IMG/VR virus record: IMGVR_UViG_3300043256_000368
Coordinates: 1-61,056 of that record
Origin: a virus
Lineage: Duplodnaviria; Caudoviricetes
Direction: 5' to 3' (one strand)
DNA length: 61,056 bases
Each line of letters starts with the position of its first letter. Position 1 is the first letter of the stretch. This document shows, piece after piece, positions 53,824 through 61,056 of this stretch. The notes beneath the pieces were generated by a model. The model searched no databases. It saw only the letters and a program-made list of their open reading frames with translations, and was not told the origin of the DNA. The position numbers were made by a program, and so were the translations under genes.

Positions 53824-53892
53824 CCCTACGGCACGGTCTACACGGCGGCCAAGCTGCCGAGAGTAGGACCGAGGACGACGAAAGGGTGAGTC

Positions 53893-54384
53893 ATGGCTGA
53901 TATTATCCCCAACGCATTATTCAAATCGATGATCACCGCCTATTTAGCGGGCAAGACGATCAAGGCGACGTTGATCATGTCCAACAGCGATTGGCAAACC
54001 GCGCAAGCGGCCATGCGGGACAAGGTCTACGTCGGCGATATTTCGGCAGCGGCGCTGGACGAGTGCGACAGTAGCAACTTCACCTGGGGGCATGGCGGTA
54101 GCGGGCGAAAGACGATCACGTTTACCGGCAAAGTGGATCACACGGCCGATCACGCGACGATGGAGAGCGCGGTCGGTACTTACACCTGGGCAGTTTTGGA
54201 CGAAGACGCATCGCGTAGCATTACGGGCGTGTTGTTTCATGTGGAGGGGACCACTGACGATTCAGACGCCGAGGTACTTGGCTACCAGCAATTCGCGGCT
54301 CCGCGCCAGGCTGACAGCAACGATTTCCTAGTCAACCTGAACGTGGGCGACGGTAGGCTTTTTAAGATCAATCAGGGAGTGTAG
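53893..54384 (+). CDS. Hypothetical virion protein
   Basis: Operon fit; TIKATLI...YTW pattern. Confidence 0.6.
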   Translation: MADIIPNALFKSMITAYLAGKTIKATLIMSNSDWQTAQAAMRDKVYVGDISAAALDECDSSNFTWGHGGSGRKTITFTGKVDHTADHATMESAVGTYTWAVLDEDASRSITGVLFHVEGTTDDSDAEVLGYQQFAAPRQADSNDFLVNLNVGDGRLFKINQGV

Positions 54385-54387
54385 GTG

Positions 54388-54855
54388 ATGGCAGCAGGTG
54401 ATACTCTAATTACGTTGACGGCGTCGCATTCGATCCCCGCGTCGACCGCCCCTTGGGGGGTTGTCAACAACAGTCCGGTTCGCGTCTACGCCGGCGGGTC
54501 GAACAAAACAACCGTCTACGAATTCATCATGCCGCAGCACTTCAATGCGGGCGGGATCAAGGTCATATCACACCTGGATAACCTGGGCACAACGGGCAAC
54601 GTCGATATTGACACAGAGCTCGCGAAGGTCACGGACGCCGTCGACTCTTACGCTGCGGCGCAAAGTACCGACGACACGGACGTGCCGGGCACCGCCAAAG
54701 ACACGTTCAAGGTGGAAACGGATCATACGTCGGCGCAGATCGATGGGATTATCAAGGGCGATCGGTGTCGCTTGCGGATCACGCGCGATGCCGTAAACGA
54801 CACCAATGGCGATGAAACGCGAATCTTCGCTGTTGAACTCAGGGAGACAGCATAA
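54388..54855 (+). CDS. Hypothetical virion protein
   Basis: GD.CRLRITRDA..DT..D pattern. Confidence 0.6.
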   Translation: MAAGDTLITLTASHSIPASTAPWGVVNNSPVRVYAGGSNKTTVYEFIMPQHFNAGGIKVISHLDNLGTTGNVDIDTELAKVTDAVDSYAAAQSTDDTDVPGTAKDTFKVETDHTSAQIDGIIKGDRCRLRITRDAVNDTNGDETRIFAVELRETA

Positions 54856-54857
54856 CC

Positions 54858-57386
54858 GTGTCGCGTAGCTTCGTAGCTGCATCCAGCCAATACCTCCAGA
54901 TCGAGGAGGCGCTTATTGCAGCGTACCCGTTTACGATGGCGTGTCGGTTCAAGTCGAACGATGCTACGGGTGCATACGCAACGATGTGGGTTGGTGACAA
55001 GGATGTTGCTGACTACTGGTCACTGCTCTACCTAAACGGCAGTACGGCAGGCGATCCCGTTTCAGCGTTCAACCATAGTTACGGAGGAGCGGGCAGCCAA
55101 AGGGCTGACACGAGCACGGGGTATTCTCCGAACACGTGGCACCATGCGTGTGGTGTATGGGCCGGGCCGAGCAGCCGCATTGCATATCTGGACGGGGTCG
55201 GGAAGGTCGAAGATACGGACACGGTTGGGTCAATGGCCAACCACGACCGCATGAGTATAGGGCGTTCCGGTGACTCAACGCCTGGCAACTATATGGACGG
55301 CCTGCTCGCCGAACTATGTGTGTGGAAGGATCTTGTACTTACGGATGAACAAGTGCTGGCGTTGGCGTTAGGCATACATCCTCGATTGATCCGACCAGAC
55401 AAGTTGGCGCACTACTGGGACCTCTTGGCATCTAGTCTGACGGACGCGATCGGCGGCAAGGTGTTGTCGAATACCGGTACGACGATGGACACCGACCACC
55501 CGCCACAAACCATATCATGGCCGCCTGCGCCGATTCATGTTCCCGCGATTGATTCCGGGTTCGGTCTGACGCCGGCCGTCGTGGACGTCGTGCCTATGCG
55601 GGCACGGGTTGAACCATACCCGATCGCACGATGGATCATCAACCCGTTTGATCGCATTCCAGACCCGTGGAAGCCGGGCGTGATCGCAATTCACAAAGAC
55701 GGCATTTCGAAAGTGGAATTCACCGTCGCCGGCCAAGGGTTTTCGGGGCCTACGCCGATCGTCGTGACCGACCCGACCTACAACGAGCAAACCGGTGTGT
55801 GGGACTTCCACCCCACGATCAGCCATTCGCAGTTCAGCAGCAACGGCGTGATCACGATCGAAGCTAAGGTGTTTCCCGACAACGCGTTTGGCATGAACCG
55901 CGACAAGAACACGGAGGGCGGTGGTCTTGGGTTGGATCAACTGAGTTTTGTGGTCAATCAAGACGGCACGTTGCGACAGACCGTCGCGTATGTGTCCACA
56001 ACCGGAAACGATGGTACGGGCGCTTTGAACGACCGGTCGAAACCCTATCTGAATCCGCACGCCGCGTTTACCGCCGCCAACACAGCCGATGGGGATTGCG
56101 ACGGTCTGCTCGTTCGTCTTGAGGCCGGCGATTACGATTTCGGAGGCGGCGTCACCGTCACAACGGCTAACGAATGGGCGACGCTCATGCCTGCGCCCGG
56201 GGTATCACAGGCCGACGTGCGGATTACTTCCGTGAACGCGTCACCCAATTCGCCAAAGACGTTGCGGCTGAAAGTGAAGGATCTGTTTGCCGTCGGCGAT
56301 CAACGGCTCAGACCGTGGACAGGGGCGGGTTATGCTTTTTGCGTAGAACGCTGCGTCCTCAACGGCGACAACCGCACCGGGGTTGTGCACCCCATCAAAA
56401 GCATCAGCAGCATTGACAAGGTCTATCTCATCGATACCGAAGTGTTCAACGTCGCCAATGGTGCTGCGGATGTTGATCTGCTTCGAGGGGTTGACATCCA
56501 CGGGTGCAACAATGACGCTACGCGCAACTGCTTTAACGTCGTCAATGCCAACATTGAAGATATCACGCCAGAGGGAACCGGCAACCATTGCGATGGGTTC
56601 CAGATCAACAGCAGCACGCCTTACAATATTATTTGGTACAACGTACGAATGACCCGAATGGAGCAGTCGTTTGTGCAAATGACGACGACTGTGCCTATAC
56701 GCGGGCTCGCGATGATCAATATGTACGGTGTTCAGATCCCGTCTCCGAACGTGACGGGGACCGTCGTATTTCAGCAGAGCGTCGATCATCTCTGCATGTG
56801 GAACTGCTCGTTCCGTACCGTCGCGGGTCAGAAGTCGCGGGCTGAAATGCGGGATGAGTCGGAAAACCCCGGCGCGCCGATCTACTTTTCGAACGTCTCC
56901 ATCAGAGCAAACCATTTTGCCCATTTCGTCTACCACTCGTCTCTGAGTGCTATTGCTACGAACGCGGATCGCAACTTTGAAGCGAAGACCGGGTACGACC
57001 GCAACAACATCTACGACAACATTGACGGGCCAATAGCTGGCGACTTGCTTTGGGGCACGAACCTGACCCAGGGCGACCCGAAACTGACAACAGACGGGTT
57101 CCCCGGTGTCGGTTCGTCGTTGCTGAACACCGTAGCGGCGAACCTTGTGCCCGAAGATGCCGGCGGAAACGAGCGTGCGACGCCGGGAGAAGCGGGCGCC
57201 TACGAACAGAGCCTCGAGGGCAATCTCAATATGGCGGTCGTGAATGTTACTCCGTTTCCCTTCAACGATTTCTTTGCGATGGTTGTGGATGTTACTCCCT
57301 ACGGGATTTCAGGGCCACCCGTTCCACCGCGCGATGAAGGCATGTTGGTGGGCGGGATGTTGCCGATGGCTGGAGGAGTGGGCTGA
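54858..57386 (+). CDS. Receptor-binding/depolymerase-like protein (LamG/ConA domain plus parallel beta-helix)
   Basis: WHHACGVW...YLDG...IG...MDGLLAEL; YVSTTGND.TG; HCDGFQ. Confidence 0.75.
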   Translation: MSRSFVAASSQYLQIEEALIAAYPFTMACRFKSNDATGAYATMWVGDKDVADYWSLLYLNGSTAGDPVSAFNHSYGGAGSQRADTSTGYSPNTWHHACGVWAGPSSRIAYLDGVGKVEDTDTVGSMANHDRMSIGRSGDSTPGNYMDGLLAELCVWKDLVLTDEQVLALALGIHPRLIRPDKLAHYWDLLASSLTDAIGGKVLSNTGTTMDTDHPPQTISWPPAPIHVPAIDSGFGLTPAVVDVVPMRARVEPYPIARWIINPFDRIPDPWKPGVIAIHKDGISKVEFTVAGQGFSGPTPIVVTDPTYNEQTGVWDFHPTISHSQFSSNGVITIEAKVFPDNAFGMNRDKNTEGGGLGLDQLSFVVNQDGTLRQTVAYVSTTGNDGTGALNDRSKPYLNPHAAFTAANTADGDCDGLLVRLEAGDYDFGGGVTVTTANEWATLMPAPGVSQADVRITSVNASPNSPKTLRLKVKDLFAVGDQRLRPWTGAGYAFCVERCVLNGDNRTGVVHPIKSISSIDKVYLIDTEVFNVANGAADVDLLRGVDIHGCNNDATRNCFNVVNANIEDITPEGTGNHCDGFQINSSTPYNIIWYNVRMTRMEQSFVQMTTTVPIRGLAMINMYGVQIPSPNVTGTVVFQQSVDHLCMWNCSFRTVAGQKSRAEMRDESENPGAPIYFSNVSIRANHFAHFVYHSSLSAIATNADRNFEAKTGYDRNNIYDNIDGPIAGDLLWGTNLTQGDPKLTTDGFPGVGSSLLNTVAANLVPEDAGGNERATPGEAGAYEQSLEGNLNMAVVNVTPFPFNDFFAMVVDVTPYGISGPPVPPRDEGMLVGGMLPMAGGVG

Positions 57387-59998
57387 TGGAGCCGATCAAG
57401 GCAGGCAGTACAAACCAGACCATTTATTTTCGGCTTCGGGACGCCACGTCGGGTCTGGCTAAGGTGGGCCTGGCCTGGAACTCGGCGGGTGCGTCCTGTT
57501 ATTACGTGCGAAACCGTGGCTTGGCCACAGCGATCACGTTGGCGACGCTCGCGGCCGCTGATTCGGCTCATACAGACGGCGGATTCAAGGAGGTTCACGG
57601 CACGAACATGAAAGGGCTCTATCGGCTCGATCTTCCTGACGCCGTTGTGGTGTCCGGGTCGCGCGGAGTCGAGGTCTCTATCGAATTCGACGGCGTCATC
57701 GAGGAAACCAAAGAGATCTCACTGACCGGGCAGGCGGACGGACTTCCCACCGTCGATACCAACAATCGAATCGTCGGCATTCAGGGAACCAAGAACAACC
57801 TCGATGCGCTGACTGACATCACGGCGGCGCAGGTCAATAACGAGCTCGACGGGGCGCTGAACACGGCGATCCCCGGCAGTCCCACGGCTGACTCGCTCAA
57901 TCAGCGCATCAAGGCTTTGGATGACTTGTTGCAGTCGGGCGGCACGGGCGATGCGGCGGCGATGAAGGCAAAGTTGGATACGCTCCACGACACACGCCTC
58001 ACGTCCGCGCGGGCGGGATACCTGGCCAAGCTGAACATCACCGGGAATGTGGCGGCTTCGGGTGAGGTCACGGCAATCCAAAACAACACACGGGTGCGGG
58101 TGATCATACCCGGGACACTCGAGCGCCCGGATTCCGGGTCGACGTTGTACCAACTCGATCTCTACATCTACGACACGGATGGAAACATGGAGGCGCCGGA
58201 CTCCTTGCCGACCATCACGGCTCAGAATGAGGCGGGCACGAGCAGGTCCTCGAATCTGGGCACGGTTACTCTCGTGGCGACCGGCGTCTATAAGGTCACG
58301 TACACGGTGGCCTCGAGCCACCTGATCGAACAGATCCGATTCGAGTGGAGTATTGTCGAGGGTGGCGTGACCAAGAAGCACGGGGCCGCATCGCAAATCG
58401 TGGACACAACGGCGGTCGACTTCACGGCTGCCGACCGCACGAAGCTCGACACGCTGCACGACACGCGGTGCACCGAGGTGCGAATGGCAGAACTGGACGC
58501 GGCTAATCTTCCTGCGGACGTGGACACGCTCAAATATGCCGGACCGCGGGGGCCGGGTGTTTACCTCGACGATGCTGCTGCCAACACCAATACCGTAGTT
58601 GGTGTCGATGGTATCGGGAGTAATCCGGTGTCCACGATCGCGGCGGCTACGACCATTGCCGGAAGCCTCGGCATCCAACGCATCTATCTCATCAACGATG
58701 CTGTCATCACCTTGGCACAAACGTACGAGGGTTGGGAGTTTGTTGGAATCGGCCTCGGCAATCAGATCACCCTTGGCAGCCAGGACGTAGACAACTCTAG
58801 CTTCTTCTTTATGACATTGACCGGGACACAGGGCGGCACGGGAATGTTGTGGTGTCAAGATTGCGGCCTCACCGGCCTTCTCGCGCTCGAATGCCTTGCT
58901 TATTTCTGTTACCTCACGGGCAACAACACCCTCAGGGCATCCACTCTAATTATCTTCGACCACTGCTCGAGCGCTGTTCCTGGTAATGCCACTCCCGAAC
59001 TGACCTTCTCAGGTGGTGCGACTGCGGTCAATTTCCGTCATGGTTCGTGCGGGTTGCAGATAAATGCAATGGGAGCTGGCGACGTTATGACTTATGAGGT
59101 AGTCGGCGGCCAGATCATTGTGGATGCAACCTGCACTGATGGGCTCCTTACCGTGCGGGGCGATTGCGACGTCACCGACAACTCCGGTGGGGCCGTCACA
59201 ATCACCCAATCTGCGGCGATCAACCAAGCGAATATCAACGCTGCGGCAGACACAGCGATCAGCGATGCGGCTCTGGCGACTGGGGCGAACCTTGCCACGG
59301 TTGACACCGTCGTCGATGCGATCAAGGCGGTCACCGATCTTCTGCCAAACGGTGGTGCTCTCAGTGACCTGGCGACGCTTGTGACCCGGCTGACGGATGC
59401 TCGTGCGGCGGTGCTTGACGATTTGATCAATGCGGGGCGGTTGGATGTTATTCTTGACGCGATCAACACTGCGACCGGCGGCCTGGCCGGCGCGGCGATG
59501 CGGGGCACGGATGCTGTCGATACGTCGCCGATGCGAGGCACGGACTCGGCGGGTACGGCCGCGAATCTTGCGACGGTTGACACCGTCGTCGACGCCATTA
59601 AGGCAGTGACGGACCTGCTACCGAACGCCGGTGCGCTCAGTGACCTGGCAACGCTGGTCAGTCGGCTGACGGCGGCGCGTGCGACGGCCATGGATGAATT
59701 GCTGGCCGCGAACCTGCCGGCGGACGTCGATACGTTGTTGACCCGGGTACCGGGTGTCGTCCTGATACGTTCAGAGACGATGGCGGAATTGCCCGTTGGT
59801 GTGCCACCGGTGAATCCGACGTTTGAAGAATGTCAGATGGCCTTTTACATGGCCCTACGCAACAGGATGGTGCTCGATACCAGCGGCGCCCCGGATCACA
59901 AATTCATACGGAACAGCGCTGGCGCGGTCATATTCAAGAAGGTCATCACGGACTCAGGCGGCGTCTATGATGAGGCAAAGGCGATCACGGGACCGTAA
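57386..59998 (+). CDS. Tail fibre-like protein with internal repeats
   Basis: GLYRLDLPD; ANLATVDTVVDAIKAVTDLLP x2; KLDTLHDTR x2; AANLPADVDTL x2. Confidence 0.75.
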   Translation: MEPIKAGSTNQTIYFRLRDATSGLAKVGLAWNSAGASCYYVRNRGLATAITLATLAAADSAHTDGGFKEVHGTNMKGLYRLDLPDAVVVSGSRGVEVSIEFDGVIEETKEISLTGQADGLPTVDTNNRIVGIQGTKNNLDALTDITAAQVNNELDGALNTAIPGSPTADSLNQRIKALDDLLQSGGTGDAAAMKAKLDTLHDTRLTSARAGYLAKLNITGNVAASGEVTAIQNNTRVRVIIPGTLERPDSGSTLYQLDLYIYDTDGNMEAPDSLPTITAQNEAGTSRSSNLGTVTLVATGVYKVTYTVASSHLIEQIRFEWSIVEGGVTKKHGAASQIVDTTAVDFTAADRTKLDTLHDTRCTEVRMAELDAANLPADVDTLKYAGPRGPGVYLDDAAANTNTVVGVDGIGSNPVSTIAAATTIAGSLGIQRIYLINDAVITLAQTYEGWEFVGIGLGNQITLGSQDVDNSSFFFMTLTGTQGGTGMLWCQDCGLTGLLALECLAYFCYLTGNNTLRASTLIIFDHCSSAVPGNATPELTFSGGATAVNFRHGSCGLQINAMGAGDVMTYEVVGGQIIVDATCTDGLLTVRGDCDVTDNSGGAVTITQSAAINQANINAAADTAISDAALATGANLATVDTVVDAIKAVTDLLPNGGALSDLATLVTRLTDARAAVLDDLINAGRLDVILDAINTATGGLAGAAMRGTDAVDTSPMRGTDSAGTAANLATVDTVVDAIKAVTDLLPNAGALSDLATLVSRLTAARATAMDELLAANLPADVDTLLTRVPGVVLIRSETMAELPVGVPPVNPTFEECQMAFYMALRNRMVLDTSGAPDHKFIRNSAGAVIFKKVITDSGGVYDEAKAITGP

Positions 59999-60001
59999 AC
60001 G

Positions 60002-60286
60002 ATGGCGATTGACACGAAAGCCAAGAGAGCGTCTTGTATCGCGGCAGGCATCCCGCTCTTACCGGCGTCGCCGATTCCCAACGGTTCGCTTGACGCATCC
60101 GTGCGAGCCGCGGCGTGTTGGTCCTACTCGGGTAACCTATTTGCAGCACCGCTGACGTTCGTTCCACTAACGTTTGCGCTCGAGGCGGGACTGAGTCGTC
60201 TCACGTCATTGGATGCCGGTCTCTCTCAGACGGTCGGTATGACGGCTGAACTCACGCGGACGTTGAGTTTGGAGGCCAAGAGATGA
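60002..60286 (+). CDS. Hypothetical protein
   Basis: MAIDTKAKRAS...YSG. Confidence 0.6.
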   Translation: MAIDTKAKRASCIAAGIPLLPASPIPNGSLDASVRAAACWSYSGNLFAAPLTFVPLTFALEAGLSRLTSLDAGLSQTVGMTAELTRTLSLEAKR

Positions 60287-60675
60287 GTCTGTACTTCCGA
60301 TCATGGTTGTTGGGGGTGTTTGTTGGTGTCATCGGAGCGGGTCAGGTGTGTTGTCTGTCGGCGCGCGGCGCGCGGGCTTTCACGCGGGATCAGGACGTTC
60401 ACAACGAACTGGATGCGGATGATACGATCGCGGCCCAGGCCGGGTCCTCGATCGACGTGGATAAGATCGTCACGCAGGTTACAACGACGGTGAGTAATCA
60501 AATGTGGCCGATCATGGTCCTCTTGATCTGTTGGGTCGTGTTTGACGCGATCAAAACCTTGGGGCTCGGCTGGTTGATTACGCGTCTCCGGTACACGAAT
60601 GAAAAGCGGAAGTGGAATGCCATGTGTGGCAATGGCGGGGCGAATCCGCCCGGAAAGCCCGGGAGAACGCACTGA
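60283..60675 (+). CDS. Membrane protein, possible holin or spanin-like
   Basis: Two hydrophobic segments at the end of the late operon. Confidence 0.45.
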   Translation: MSLYFRSWLLGVFVGVIGAGQVCCLSARGARAFTRDQDVHNELDADDTIAAQAGSSIDVDKIVTQVTTTVSNQMWPIMVLLICWVVFDAIKTLGLGWLITRLRYTNEKRKWNAMCGNGGANPPGKPGRTH

Positions 60676-61004
60676 TGTCGATCGACATTCAAGAAAAGGA
60701 CGTTGGTACCCAGGTCGAGATCACGCCGAAGAAACCGGATGGGTCCAACGATGACATTTCGGGTGGGACCAAATACGAAATCCACTTCCGGAAACCGGAC
60801 GCTTCCACGCTCGTGAAAACGGCGACGATCGAAGGAACGGGAAGCGCGAGTGATCCTTACCGTTGGCGGTACGTCGGTGTGGCCGACGTTTTCACGCCGG
60901 CTGGGATGTGGGGCGCTCAAGGGTACGTCGAATTTACGAGTGGCGCTACAAAGTACAAAACGAGAATCGTGCAGTTTCATGTTGGTCGAAACATAGTTGC
61001 TTAG
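60675..61004 (+). CDS. BppU-N-like small beta-sandwich protein
   Basis: DVGT...IHFRKPD...YV...F..AGMW..QGYV. Confidence 0.65.
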   Translation: MSIDIQEKDVGTQVEITPKKPDGSNDDISGGTKYEIHFRKPDASTLVKTATIEGTGSASDPYRWRYVGVADVFTPAGMWGAQGYVEFTSGATKYKTRIVQFHVGRNIVA

Positions 61005-61056
61005 GTTCCGGGCAAGGACGTGGAACATGGCAAAGGCATTGTGGGCGATCTGGGAG

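Noticed and set aside
57719-58858. Long antisense ORFs (e.g. 57719-58858, 40832-41803, 36990-37898, 16085-17053)
   Set aside because: Shadow frames of GC-rich plus-strand genes with no motifs of their own.
59285-59683. Diversity-generating retroelement TR/VR pair
   Set aside because: Differences are mostly synonymous and not adenine-specific, both copies are in frame in one gene, and no reverse transcriptase is seen.

Overview
A ~61 kb, GC-rich, probably near-complete tailed dsDNA phage genome (HK97-type head, non-contractile tail). Dockerin-like DxDGDxDVDLxDY motifs and CC-x(3-5)-C repeats point to a Planctomycetota (Phycisphaerae-like) host; this is inference. Layout: (1) a short minus-strand left module (1-2.5 kb) with an HNH endonuclease at the edge, a non-coding inverted copy of the replication origin and a secreted HAF-repeat/dockerin-like protein; (2) a control region (2.5-3.7 kb) with a leaderless-type promoter, a dif/Xer-like 28-mer, a palindrome and a hairpin-dense 550 nt leader; (3) recombination/replication genes (SbcC-like ATPase, UvrD-like helicase, initiator tRNA, replication initiator with 23-bp palindromic iterons, RuvC-like nuclease, HerA-like ATPase); (4) accessory genes including a two-frame C5 methyltransferase and a Dam-like methyltransferase; (5) terminase, portal-MuF fusion, S49 protease, capsid, neck, tail tube, frameshifted chaperones, tape measure, and Cys-rich and beta-helix tail proteins. 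I could not recognise an integrase, ParA, reverse transcriptase, CRISPR array or canonical endolysin. The most notable observations are the duplicated inverted origin, the Xer-like site in an integrase-less phage, membrane-anchored proteins carrying portal-like and capsid-like motifs, the methyltransferase interleaved over two frames, and a promoter/operator/double-terminator leader ahead of the capsid gene. All calls were made by eye, without database searches.
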